Under the pieces are notes generated by a model. The model did no database searches, was not told the DNA's origin, and saw only the letters and a list, made by a program, of their open reading frames with translations. The translations under genes and the position numbers were made by a program. A stretch of DNA of 64,000 nt from an uncultured delta proteobacterium (GTDB lineage Bacteria > Myxococcota_A > Polyangia > Fen-1088), in contig CAVYGB010000001.1 in NCBI GenBank assembly GCA_963767925.1, positions 384,001-448,000 on the forward strand, written 5' to 3'. Below are positions 38,697 through 51,537 of the stretch, one piece after another; position 1 is the first letter of the stretch, and each line of letters begins with the position of its first letter.

Positions 38697-40616
38697 CTAG
38701 GTTTGCTCGTGGCGATCTCGCGAAGGGGGGGCGCCGGCGGCATCGGCGGAGCTCTCGGGCTCGGCCCGGCGCTGCGGGCGGCTCGAGCCCGGAGGCCCGG
38801 CGGCGGCCCCGGGTTGATTCGCTGCCGGTTCGTCGCGGGGCAGGGTGAAGCAGAAGGTGCTGCCGGACCCCTCCTGGCTCTCCACCCAGATCCGGCCTCC
38901 GTGCGCCTCGACGATGCCCTTGGCGATCGAGAGCCCGAGGCCAGTCCCCAGCCGGGCGGTCCGGGCGTCCTGCCAGAAGCGCTCGAAGATGTGCGGGAGC
39001 TGCTCGGCAGGGATGCCCGGCCCGGTGTCGCTGACCGAATACTTGAGCTCGGCGCCGAGCGACTCCGCTCCGACGGTGATGGTCGAGCCTTCGGGGCTGA
39101 ACTTGATCGCGTTCCCGATCAGGTTGGTCAGGACCTGCTGGATCCGCTCTCGATCGCAGCTCGCCCGGAGCTCGTCGTCGCCGACCAGGGCGCTGCGCAG
39201 CACCAGGGACTTCTCCTGGGCCAGCCCCTGCAACGCCTCGAGGGCCACGTTGATGAGCGCCTCGCTCGGCTCGCTCTGCTTCGTCACCGAGAGGTGGCCC
39301 GCCTCGATGCTCGTCACATCGAGGAGATCGCCGATGAGCCGGTTCATCGCGGTGGCGGAACGCCGGATGGACTCGACCGACGCGCGCTCCTTCGATCGCC
39401 GTTCGTCGCCTCCCGGGATCTTCAGCAGATTGATGGTCTGGAGGAGGATGACCCCGAGGGGGTTCCGCAGATCGTGCGACACGAGGGCCAGGACCGCGTC
39501 CCGCGCGCGAATGGCCCGCTGGGCCTGCTCGTGCAGGCGGGCGTTGTCGATGGCCACCGCCGCGCGGCGCCCGATATCCTCGGCGAAGAGGCGGTCGGCC
39601 GCCTTGTAGCGCCGCTCCGACTGGGCCGCGACAAGGGTCAGCGCGCCCAGCACCCGGCTGCGCGCCCGCAGCGGGACGATGATCATCGACTTGGTGCCGC
39701 GGCTGCGGGTCAGGCTGGGGTGCTGGCCATCGCTGGCGATCCGCTCCATGACGGACCTCGGAACGTCGTCGAGCAGCATGGACTCGCCGGACTGGATGAC
39801 GTCGTCCTGAGGGGTGCGCCAGCCCGGCCGGGGCTCGAGCTTGCCGACCCGTCCGGACACCTCCGCCTGATGGCGCGCGTCCGAGTAGACGATGTCGAGG
39901 CGCTCGACCTGGCCGTCCTCGGCCAGCACGTCGACGAAGCAGATGTCGGCGAACAGCGGCACGGCCAGCCGCACCACCGCCCGCAGGGTGGTCGGGTAGT
40001 CGAGCGAAGAGGCCAGCGTCTCGCCGGTCTCCGCCAGAAAGCGCAACCTCCGCTCCAGCTCCTTGGGGCGCGAGATGTCGACGAGGGCCGTCCGGAAGCC
40101 GCCGCCGGGCGGCAGCCCGGCGTCGGTCGCGAAGCTGACGAGCTGGACCGCTACGGCGTTACGCTGTTTGGTGGTCAAGGTGAGCTCGGTCGTCACGACC
40201 CCCTTGCCGACCCGGCACTCCCGGAGGTGAGCGCGAAAGGCCTGCGTCTCCTTGATCGCCACGACCGCGGAGAAGAGCCGGTCGATGAGGCCCTCTCTGG
40301 CCACCCCGAGCAGCGCCGCTCCGGTCAGGTTGATCTCCTGGATGCGGCCCTCGGGATCGAAGGTGCAGTAGCCAACCGGGGCGAAGTCGTAGAGATCCGC
40401 GTAGCGGCTGCGCGACTCCTCCAGCAGCTCCCGGGACTCCCGCAGCTCGCGATTTTGCATCTCGAGCTCCAGCTGGTGAACCTGAAGGTCATGAATCAGG
40501 TGGTCGCGTTCGGCCTCGCTCGCGGTGGGGGCCGACCGCGCCTCGGCCGTCTGCAGCTTGCGCAGCTCGCGGATGAGCTCCTCCCGGGAGAGCTGCTCGA
40601 GGATGAGCGGCGTCAT
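38697..40616 (-). CDS. PAS-GAF sensor histidine kinase
   Basis: HDLQVHQLELEMQNRELR, LYDFAPVGY (PAS), GAF, VSHDLRNPL, NLIGNAIKF, DTGPGI, GTGLGL. Confidence 0.95.
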   Translation of the reverse strand: MTPLILEQLSREELIRELRKLQTAEARSAPTASEAERDHLIHDLQVHQLELEMQNRELRESRELLEESRSRYADLYDFAPVGYCTFDPEGRIQEINLTGAALLGVAREGLIDRLFSAVVAIKETQAFRAHLRECRVGKGVVTTELTLTTKQRNAVAVQLVSFATDAGLPPGGGFRTALVDISRPKELERRLRFLAETGETLASSLDYPTTLRAVVRLAVPLFADICFVDVLAEDGQVERLDIVYSDARHQAEVSGRVGKLEPRPGWRTPQDDVIQSGESMLLDDVPRSVMERIASDGQHPSLTRSRGTKSMIIVPLRARSRVLGALTLVAAQSERRYKAADRLFAEDIGRRAAVAIDNARLHEQAQRAIRARDAVLALVSHDLRNPLGVILLQTINLLKIPGGDERRSKERASVESIRRSATAMNRLIGDLLDVTSIEAGHLSVTKQSEPSEALINVALEALQGLAQEKSLVLRSALVGDDELRASCDRERIQQVLTNLIGNAIKFSPEGSTITVGAESLGAELKYSVSDTGPGIPAEQLPHIFERFWQDARTARLGTGLGLSIAKGIVEAHGGRIWVESQEGSGSTFCFTLPRDEPAANQPGAAAGPPGSSRPQRRAEPESSADAAGAPPSRDRHEQT

Positions 40617-40956
40617 CGGAGGGCGGCCGCCTTCTCCGTGTCGCGGACGCCTGCCCGCTCCGGCTGCTCTGCTTCAGCCTCCAGAACAGGCGTGGCTTGT
40701 AGCTCCTCCAGCACGACCCTTCCTCCAGCACTCTCCGCTCCCGACAGCGCCGGAGCTCGCGAAGAGGCACACGGACCATCCGTGCGGCGCCGGCTTCGGC
40801 AGCGCCTCGCAGTCTTCTCCGGGGCAGGTGCCAGGTCAAGGGCGATTCCGGAGCCCGGACCTCGGCCGCGTCCGCCAGCGTCGGGGAGAACGCGACAGAG
40901 AAGGCCTGCAGGCTCGGTGCTGCCGGGGTGGTTCCCCCGGCGGTTCTTCGCATCCG

Positions 40957-40996
40957 ACGGTTTTCTCGACGGCCGCTGCTCGAACAAGCTCATGGT
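40957..40996 (+). promoter_or_regulatory. Third copy of the nhaR-associated promoter motif
   Basis: ACG-N7-CGA at 40957-40969, then 13 nt, then AACAAGCTCATGGT at 40983-40996. Confidence 0.55.
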
Positions 40997-41046
40997 GGGC
41001 AGCGGCTCCGGGCGGTAAGAGCGAGGTTTACCGGAAGGACAACCCC

Positions 41047-41316
41047 GTGAAGACCAGCAACCTGGAAGTTCGCACGCAGCACTCCGACGCCGAGATTGCC
41101 CGGCTGCGCCTGCTGATGGCCAAGGTCGATGAGGAGCTGGTGCGGGCCCCCGTCTCCGAGGGGTTGAAGGGATCCTGGGCGGAGATGGTGAAGCTGCTCG
41201 CCGTGGGACCGGCGCCCGACGTCCGGACGTGTCCGGTCTGCTCGAACATCGTCATGCGCGAGGCGACCCTCTGCGGCCACTGCTGGTCGAAGCTGGATTC
41301 GCTGCCGGCGGGCTGA
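41047..41316 (+). CDS. Small protein with C-terminal zinc ribbon
   Basis: CPVC...CGHC; AAGGA RBS before GTG 41047. Confidence 0.75.
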   Translation: MKTSNLEVRTQHSDAEIARLRLLMAKVDEELVRAPVSEGLKGSWAEMVKLLAVGPAPDVRTCPVCSNIVMREATLCGHCWSKLDSLPAG

Positions 41317-41338
41317 GCGACGTCCCCCGCTCCTCGCG

Positions 41339-41486
41339 CTGATGCACGCGGAGCTCGTGGAACAGGAGCCGCGCCGCTTCGGGCGACAGGACCCCCAGGT
41401 TCTCCGGGGCCTGCGCCGCCCGTCCCCGCACGATCTCCTCGGCGCGCGTGTGCTGGCTGCTGGCTTCGTCCGAACCACGTCCGGTG

Positions 41487-41503
<17 letters not shown>
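41339..41503 (-). pseudogene. N-terminal remnant of a PAS kinase or diguanylate cyclase that normally follows cheBR
   Basis: RAEEIVRGRAAQAPENLGVLSPEAARLLFHELRVHQ stops matching just before the expected IELEMQN; it overlaps the cheBR stop. Confidence 0.7.
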
Positions 41504-44507
<3,004 letters not shown>

Positions 44508-44848
44508 AGCGTCCTCCTGATCGGAGTCACGACGCCGTGTGGTCCGCCACGCACGGGCGCGGGGTCAGGCCTGGTCACCGGTCGGCAACCAGGCCGCAAG
44601 ATTTTCCTGCCGACGGTGCCCCACCCGTCAACTTCCGGGAGTCTGGCGGCCGCAGATCCGCAAGTCAATGTGGATTCCGCCCCGGATCGGCAATGCACCG
44701 GTGAGCCGCGCGCTGGATCCCCGGAGCCGGTCGACCGCTGGCGGTCGCGCCGGCTGCGATACGACCTCCGCGACCTGCTACTCTGCCGGCAGCAACGGGC
44801 TGAACACCGCGGATCTGCCGAACCCGGCCGGAGAGGAGGGGGAGCACC

Positions 44849-45877
44849 ATGAAGGCGATCGTCTACGAGCGCTACGGTCCGCCGGAGGTCCTGCGGCTGC
44901 AGGAGGTGCCCGGCCCCACCCCGGGAGACGGCGAGGTGCTGATCGAGGTGCGGGCCACTACGGCGACGTCCGGGGACGCTCGGCTGCGCGCGATGAACGT
45001 GCCCGCCGGCTTCGGGCTGATGGGTCGGCTGGCCCTCGGCGTGTTCGCCCCGCGCCGCCGGATCCTGGGCATGGAGCTGGCGGGGGTCATCGTGGCCACC
45101 GGCAGGAAGGTGACCCGCTGGCAGGTGGGGACGGCGGTCTTCGCCATGACCGGGGGCTCCATGGGCGCCTACGCCGAGCTGCGCGCGCTGCCCGAAGACG
45201 GCGCCATCGTCGAGAAGCCGGCGAACCTGACGTTCGAGGAGGCGGCGGCGCTGTCGTTTGGCGGGCACACGGCGCTGGACTTCTTCCGTCGGGGGAAGCT
45301 GGCGAAGGGAGAGCGGCTGCTCGTCAACGGCGCCTCGGGTGCCGTCGGGACCGCGGCGGTCCAGCTCGCGAAACACCTCGGGGCGCACGTGACCGCTGTG
45401 TGCAGCGCCGCCAACCTCCAGCTCGTGCGATCCCTGGGGGCCGACGCGGTGATCGACTACCGCCAGGACGACTTTGCCACCAGCGGCGAGCGCTACGACC
45501 TCATCATGGACACCGCCGGCACGGCCCCCTTTGCCCGCAGCAAGGGGTCGTTGAAGCCAGGGGGGCGCCTGCTCCTGGTGCTGGCCGGGCTGCCCGACAT
45601 CCTCGGCGCCCTGCTGGCGAGCGCGGTCACCGACAAGAAGGTGGTGGCCGGGCCGGCAGGCGAACGGGTCGAGGACCTGCGCCTCCTGGCCGACCTGGCA
45701 GAGCAGGGAAAATACCGCCCGATCATCGACCGGGTCTTCCCGCTCGAGCGGATGGCCGAAGCCCACGCTCTCGTCGACAGCGGCCACAAGCGCGGCAACG
45801 TCGTCGTCAGCGTGAAGGACGTGCCCGAGAAGGAGGCCAGCCCGGCGAAGGCCCCCCGCCCCGTACCGGGCTTCTAG
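44849..45877 (+). CDS. NAD(P)-dependent MDR oxidoreductase (quinone reductase-like)
   Basis: YGPPEVL, GAYAE, NGASGAVG, GHKRGNVV. Confidence 0.93.
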   Translation: MKAIVYERYGPPEVLRLQEVPGPTPGDGEVLIEVRATTATSGDARLRAMNVPAGFGLMGRLALGVFAPRRRILGMELAGVIVATGRKVTRWQVGTAVFAMTGGSMGAYAELRALPEDGAIVEKPANLTFEEAAALSFGGHTALDFFRRGKLAKGERLLVNGASGAVGTAAVQLAKHLGAHVTAVCSAANLQLVRSLGADAVIDYRQDDFATSGERYDLIMDTAGTAPFARSKGSLKPGGRLLLVLAGLPDILGALLASAVTDKKVVAGPAGERVEDLRLLADLAEQGKYRPIIDRVFPLERMAEAHALVDSGHKRGNVVVSVKDVPEKEASPAKAPRPVPGF

Positions 45878-46050
45878 CGCCGGGCACGCGCGGGAGCCGC
45901 CCCCACTGCCGGTGGCGGGCCGCTGGCCCGCGACCCGCTCAGCGACAATCCACGGAGCCGGGGGAGCTGGCGAAGCCGCCGCCGGCGACGGTCCACCAGC
46001 CGGTGGCGGCGACTCGCGCTGGCTCGCTTCATCGAAGCGGAGGGTGCCGG

Positions 46051-46800
46051 TCAAGCCACGTATTCGATCTCCTGCCCCTGCCGGAGCCGATCCATCCCCT
46101 CGCCGATCTGGTCCCAGCGCACCGGGTGGCCGCCGGCCCCGGTCACGGCCACGACGTGGGCGCGCAGATCGGCTCCCGGGACCGTGCCCTCGCGCGTCTG
46201 GGCCCGGACGAGCGCCAGGGCGGCCAGCGCGCCCGCGTGGTAGAACGAGGAGGCGTCGTCGAGCGGCTCGTCGTGCCAGCGCTGCCGGAAGCGCGCCTGG
46301 AAGGCCTCGGCGCTCGGGCCCTTGCTGGCCGCCACGCCGCGCACGCCTTGGAGCGCATCGCGGCTGATCGACGAGAGGAAGGCGGGGCTGTGCAGGGTGG
46401 GCGACAGGTACCAGCGCGTGGGGTCGCCGACGGCGCCGCTGGCCAGCAGGGCGTTGAACAGCGAGGCGGCGGTGGCCGGGTAGCCAGCCAGCACGTAGGC
46501 GTCGGCGTTGGCCGAGACAATGGCTGCGACGCTCTCCGCAGTCGCCACGTCGGGGATCACGATGCGCGGCAGGTTGGAGTTGATGGAGAGACTGAAGCCG
46601 AGCGAGCCGTTGTAGCTGGCCGGGTTCACGACGAGAACGGGCCGCTCCTGCCCGTCGGCGCGCAGTCGCGCCACGAGCTCGCAGGTCATCCGATTGGTTC
46701 TCGGCCCCATGTCGAACCAGCTGAGCGGCCGGTACTCGATGTCGCCCCCCGTGGAGAAGCTCGGCATGAGGAGGACACGGTCGAGCATGATGTGGCGCAT
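46051..46800 (-). pseudogene. C-terminal part of a type-1 periplasmic (ABC) substrate-binding protein
   Basis: ADAYVLAGYP...WYLSPTL...AFQARF...FYHAGALAALAL. There is no signal peptide or N-lobe, and it ends abruptly at EIEYVA. Confidence 0.55.
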
Positions 46801-46940
46801 CTGGGTCGCGAACACGGGCGAAGCCCGCGGCCGCCTGCGAAGCTGAGCGAAATGCCCGGTTTCGGCCAACACCGCTCGCCCGACCGCGCGGGGGGACCCA
46901 TACTCCTGCCATGGCTTGGGTAGGCACCGAAGAGTCTCGA

Positions 46941-47651
46941 GTGCGTAGCGTTCGTCCGTCTCCTGGCGAGCGCGTCACCTCCGGCGTCGACCAGGTGGTG
47001 AGCGCCTTCTTTCGACGGGTCTATCTGTTCATGGGGCTGGGGCTCGGGGTGACGGCGCTGGTGGCAATGATGGTCGCCTCCAGCCCGGCGGCGCTCGCCC
47101 TGGTGCTGGGGAACAAGCTGGTGTTCTACGGGCTGATCATCGCCCAGCTCGGGCTCGTGGTCGCCTTCTCGGCGACGGCCCATCGGGTGAGCCCGGCGGT
47201 GGCTGGTCTGATGTTCTTCACCTACGCGGCGCTGACCGGCGTCACCTTCGCGTCGATCTTCGTGATCTACACGGCCGGCTCGATCGCCAGCACGTTCTTC
47301 GTGACCGCCGGCATGTTCGGGGCGCTGTCCCTGTACGGCGCCCTCACCAAGCGCAACCTCGACAGCATCGGGAGCTTCGCCTTCATGGGGCTCGTCGGCC
47401 TCGTGATCGCCTCGCTGGTGAACATCTTCCTCAAGAGCACGCTGCTCTACTGGCTGACCACCTTCGTCGGGGTCATCGTCTTCACCGCGCTCACCGCCTA
47501 CGACACCGCCAAGCTCAAGGCGATGGCCCAGCAGGCCGGCCCGGGCGAGGTCGGCGGTACGCTCCCCCTGCGCGGGGCCCTCATCCTCTACCTCGACTTC
47601 ATCAACCTGTTCCTGATGCTGCTGCGCCTGTTCGGCCGCCGCCGCGACTGA
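46941..47651 (+). CDS. Bax inhibitor-1/YccA family membrane protein
   Basis: About 7 TM segments, TAYDTAKLK, GALILYLDFINLF. Confidence 0.93.
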   Translation: MRSVRPSPGERVTSGVDQVVSAFFRRVYLFMGLGLGVTALVAMMVASSPAALALVLGNKLVFYGLIIAQLGLVVAFSATAHRVSPAVAGLMFFTYAALTGVTFASIFVIYTAGSIASTFFVTAGMFGALSLYGALTKRNLDSIGSFAFMGLVGLVIASLVNIFLKSTLLYWLTTFVGVIVFTALTAYDTAKLKAMAQQAGPGEVGGTLPLRGALILYLDFINLFLMLLRLFGRRRD

Positions 47652-47721
47652 CCCCCGGCGCGTTCGTCCGCCCGCTCACCCTGGCGGGCGCGTTCCGGCT
47701 GTCCCCTGTCCGCGTCCGCGG

Positions 47722-48231
47722 TCAGGTGGGGGCGCCGTTGTCGCGGCCGTTGTTGTCGCCGTTATCCCCGTTGTTGCCTTCGTGGCGGCGGTGGGAGGCG
47801 CGCACCAGGCGGAAGGCGAGGGCCAGGGTCAGGATCAGGGCGGCCTGGCCGAACAGGGTCAACCCGCCCGCCCGGGTGGCGTCGACGATGATGATCTTCT
47901 GGGCGATGGCGATGAGGGCCACCTCGAGCACCACCTCCACCTGGACCACGCCGTGCCGGAGGTGGCTCTTCAACGAGGTGAGCAGCTCGAGGCCGATGAG
48001 CACGAGCAGGAAGAAGCCGAACAGGTCGAATATCTCCTCCACGTCGAGCAGCAGCTCGCGCGTCGACCGGAGGTCCCGCAGCAGGAGCCAGCCCAGCTCG
48101 AAGGTGGAGATGGTGACGACCACCATCAGCAGGCCGATCAGGATCAGCACGACGACGCGCTCGAAGCGCTTGATCACCCGGATCCAGGTGTCCTCCTGCT
48201 GCTCGGGGTCTCGCTCGCCGTGGTTTGCCAT
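47722..48231 (-). CDS. PsiE-family membrane protein
   Basis: Four TM segments, FLLVLIGLEL, VALIAIAQKIII. Confidence 0.85.
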   Translation of the reverse strand: MANHGERDPEQQEDTWIRVIKRFERVVVLILIGLLMVVVTISTFELGWLLLRDLRSTRELLLDVEEIFDLFGFFLLVLIGLELLTSLKSHLRHGVVQVEVVLEVALIAIAQKIIIVDATRAGGLTLFGQAALILTLALAFRLVRASHRRHEGNNGDNGDNNGRDNGAPT

Positions 48232-48260
48232 CGTCGTTTCTCGCGCGGTCCGGGGTGCGC

Positions 48261-48923
48261 TCAGAAGCGCAGCAGGAACTGGCTCTGCAGCAGCAGTCCT
48301 GTCTGGCCCGCTGAGTAGACGTAGTAGACGCTCCCGTAGGGCGAGTCCTTGATGCCCATGGCCTCGAAGTTGAGCCAGACCTGTCGGGTGTCGGAGGGGT
48401 ACCAGTGGACGCCGCCACTGCTGCGATCGGTCCCGGGAAAGAAAGGGTAGGTGCCGGCCATGGCGCGCAGGCTGGGCAGCGAGAAGAACCCTGCCCGTAG
48501 CCGGAAGCCGGGGTGGAACGCGAACCCCACGTACCCGGCGGCCGTCGCCGAGAAGGTGGCGCTCGAGGTGTAGAGCAGGATGTTGAAATCCAGCCGCCCG
48601 TCGAAGACGAAGCCGGAGAAATAGAACACGTCCCTGGTCAACTGGATGTCGTGTCGCCTCGGGACCTCCTTCTCGTTGCCCAGATGGTCGGTGAAGGTCA
48701 CGTTGACGTTCAGACTGTTCGTGTATTTGAACTGCGAGACGTGTTTGAGCTTGAGGCGAAAGGCCGGGTCGGCGCCCTCGGGGGTCGACGCCAGCACGAA
48801 GCCGTCGTCGTAGTGGGGTGTCTGCCAGGAACCGCCCGGAGGCCCCGGATCCCGCCGGGTCTGGGCCGCCGCCGGTGCGGCCGACAGCAGCAGCAGCGCT
48901 CCGACCAGCCCGGCCCGGCGCAT
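48261..48923 (-). pseudogene. Secreted outer-membrane beta-barrel-like protein, probably internally deleted
   Basis: Signal peptide (APAAAQ) and C-terminal Phe. Only ~220 aa, with an abrupt junction at TDRS/SGGVHWYP. Confidence 0.5.
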
Positions 48924-48976
48924 CCTGCTCCCCTCCCGACAGCGGCGATCGTGTTGCTCCATGGTGGTCGACCCGG

Positions 48977-50089
48977 TCAATGGGTCGCCGCCGGGAGCTC
49001 TTCGATGGGGGGCTCGGGCTGCCGTTCTTGCTCCTGGAGATCGCGGAGAAACACCTGGGCCTGGGCGTCGCCGTCGGCGAGCAGCCGGGCGATGTGGGCG
49101 GGCTGGCGCGAGAGCTTGCTGGGATAGTCCAGGCCTTCCTGCAGGGCCGGCGACATCCGGAGGAAGCGCACCTTGATCGGCTCGCTCGTGTCGATCCCGG
49201 AGCGGGCGCGGAACCGCTCGGTCAAGGCGTCCTCGGAGACCAGCAGGTTCACCACCTCGATGAGCTCGATCTCGTGCTGGAGGCTCAGGTTGCCGGAGAG
49301 CTGGTTGCGACGGTCGAAGATGTCGCCGGGGCGCGCCGGGATCGTCGCGTGTTGCGAGCGGTTGACCTGGATGATCCAGATCTCTTCGGGGAGTGGCCCC
49401 GAGCCCATCTGATTACGGCGCAAGAAGGACGTGATGGGTGGGTTCGAGGAGAAGATGCCGTCCCAGTAGGCGTGCCCGTCGACCCAGGTCGCGGGGAAGA
49501 GGTTGGGAATGGACGCCGAGGCCAGCAGCGACTCGACCTTGATCTCGTCCCGCATCGAGCTGAAGACCTTGAAGGTTCCGGCGAGCACGTCGGCCGCCCC
49601 CACCAGGAGCACCGGGCTGCCCGGCTGGACCAGCCCGGGCAAGGTCGCGAAGTCGAGGTGCCCGAGGATGAGCGCCCGCAGATCGGTGAACGACGGGCGC
49701 GCGACCATCCGGGCGGTGGCCTGCGACCAGAAGCGGAACTGCAGCGACGACGGGCTGCTGGCCACGCTCGGCAACATCCCCCCCTCCACCATCCGCACGA
49801 GCTGCACGCAGAGCCCGTCGAAGAACTCTTCGACCGGGGTCTGGGCCGTCAGGTCGTTCCAGAAGGCGGTGATGCGATCTTTGCCCGGCGTTCCGTTTCC
49901 CCGGGCCTCCTCCAGCAAGCCGACCCAGGCCAGGGCGGCGGTGAGGGCCCCGCCCGACGTCCCGCTGAGCCCCACGATCTTGAAGCGGTCCTGGATCCGC
50001 TGGGCCAGGAGGGTGCGCAGCGCCCCCGCCACGAACGCACACTGGCTCCCACCTCCCTGACAGGCGATTGCGATGCGCTTGCGGCTCAT
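48977..50089 (-). CDS. Patatin-like phospholipase
   Basis: QGGG, GTSGG (GxSxG), WDG motifs. Confidence 0.92.
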   Translation of the reverse strand: MSRKRIAIACQGGGSQCAFVAGALRTLLAQRIQDRFKIVGLSGTSGGALTAALAWVGLLEEARGNGTPGKDRITAFWNDLTAQTPVEEFFDGLCVQLVRMVEGGMLPSVASSPSSLQFRFWSQATARMVARPSFTDLRALILGHLDFATLPGLVQPGSPVLLVGAADVLAGTFKVFSSMRDEIKVESLLASASIPNLFPATWVDGHAYWDGIFSSNPPITSFLRRNQMGSGPLPEEIWIIQVNRSQHATIPARPGDIFDRRNQLSGNLSLQHEIELIEVVNLLVSEDALTERFRARSGIDTSEPIKVRFLRMSPALQEGLDYPSKLSRQPAHIARLLADGDAQAQVFLRDLQEQERQPEPPIEELPAATH

Positions 50090-50288
50090 CTATCTCTCCT
50101 CCCGCGCTCGTGTCTGTAGGGCGTTCTGCCCTCACCGACGGTCCTCACCACTGCCGGAGCCTTCGATGTCGGGCCAATGTAAAGAGCCGATCCGGCCCCC
50201 ACAAGTACGCCAAGGCCGCAATTGGTGGGTCATGACGCCTGGGTTCACCGAGGCTCTTCCCTCGACTGAGATATTCCTTGAAAAGTAC

Positions 50289-50304
50289 ATACGTTAAGAC
50301 GTAT
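50289..50304. promoter_or_regulatory. Probable ArsR operator
   Basis: ATACGT-taag-ACGTAT palindrome in an AT-rich patch between TTGAAA (50278) and the ArsR ATG. Confidence 0.55.
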
Positions 50305-50313
50305 ATAACTCCC

Positions 50314-50655
50314 ATGTTGCCCACCCTGGTGGCGCTGGCCGAGCCGAATCGGTTCCGGATCGTGGAGCTGCTGCGAACCGGGCCGCAGTCGGTGAACGAC
50401 ATCACCCGGGTGCTCGACCTGTATCAGGTGCAGGTGTCGAAACACCTGCGCGTGCTGAAGGAGGCGGGGCTGGTGCAGGTGCAGCCGCGCGGGCAGCAGC
50501 GGGTCTACGAGCTGCGCGGGCAGTCGTTCCGTGGGCTGCAGGTGTGGCTCGACCGCTATCGCCAGCTCTGGGATGCGCGGTTCGCGGAGATGGACGAGCT
50601 CATCGAAGAGCTCAAAGAAAAGGAGAAGGCCGATGAACGAAAAAGGAAAAGGTGA
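50314..50655 (+). CDS. ArsR/SmtB family regulator
   Basis: ALAEPNRFRIVELL...VSKHLRVLKEAGLV. Confidence 0.92.
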   Translation: MLPTLVALAEPNRFRIVELLRTGPQSVNDITRVLDLYQVQVSKHLRVLKEAGLVQVQPRGQQRVYELRGQSFRGLQVWLDRYRQLWDARFAEMDELIEELKEKEKADERKRKR

Positions 50656-51157
50656 GTCCCCCGGCAGCGACACGACCCTGGAGCTGCAAGGCGATCGCGA
50701 GATCGTGATAACCCGGACCTTCCGGGCTCCGCCCCGCATCGTGTTCGACGCCTGGACCAGGGCGGACTTCGTGCGGCGCTGGTGGGCCCCGAAGTCCATG
50801 GGCGGCGAGGTGGTCGAGTGCCTCGCGGACGTTCGGGTGGGAGGGAAATACCGCTACGTCACGCGCGCGGCGGGCCAGGACTTCGCCTTCTCCGGCATCT
50901 ACTCCGAGGTCACCCCCCACTCCCGCCTCGCGTACACGCAGATCTTCGAGCCGATGGCCGAGGTGGGGGCGGCGCTGGTGACCGTGACGTTCGAGGAGCA
51001 CGGGGGCCACACCCGCATGACGTCGCACGAGGTCTACCCCTCCAAGGAGGTGCGCGAAGGCCTCCTGGCCACGAACATGGAGCAGGGCCTGCGCGAGACC
51101 CTGACCCAGCTCGACGAGCTGGTCGCCTTGCTCGCCAGCGAAGGCGCCGCCCGTTGA
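50633..51157 (+). CDS. SRPBCC/AHSA1 family protein
   Basis: EIVITRTFRAP...VFDAWT...WW...DVRVGGKYRY; typical ArsR partner. Confidence 0.92.
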   Translation: MNEKGKGESPGSDTTLELQGDREIVITRTFRAPPRIVFDAWTRADFVRRWWAPKSMGGEVVECLADVRVGGKYRYVTRAAGQDFAFSGIYSEVTPHSRLAYTQIFEPMAEVGAALVTVTFEEHGGHTRMTSHEVYPSKEVREGLLATNMEQGLRETLTQLDELVALLASEGAAR

Positions 51158-51164
51158 CGGCACG

Positions 51165-51330
51165 TCTCTGTGGGCGCGGGTGACCTTCTGCTTCTCCCGG
51201 GCCCGCTCGAGCGCCTCGTCGATGCTGAAGCTCGGTAACTTCTCGGGTTGAACCAGCCTATGTCGTCGCCCCGGACGATGAGGATGTTCGGTTTCCAGTC
51301 GCCGGCGTCTTCGTCGCTGCCAGGGAGCAT
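51165..51330 (-). pseudogene. Arylsulfatase remnant: first and last motifs joined by a large deletion
   Basis: KPNILIVRGDDIGWFNP is followed directly, in another frame, by EKLPSFSIDEALERAREKQK. Confidence 0.7.
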
Positions 51331-51537
51331 CTCTCCCCGGCTCAACCTGGGCCTCGAACCGAGGCCCGGCCGTGTCGGGCGGGCCCGCTAAGGTCGCGAA
51401 CGACAACCATCGGTCTGCCGGCTGTCGGTCGACCACCGGAAAGCCGCCCGGCGCCCGGGCATGCCCGGCGGCTGCCTTCCCCGCCGGCGCGGCGATGGCC
51501 AGCTTGTCGGCAGGTCGATCCAAAAGGAGGGCTCCTC

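Noticed and set aside
46876..46915. Fourth copy of the nhaR-type motif upstream of the BI-1 gene
   Set aside because: Only TCG and CATGG match at the right spacing, which is too weak.
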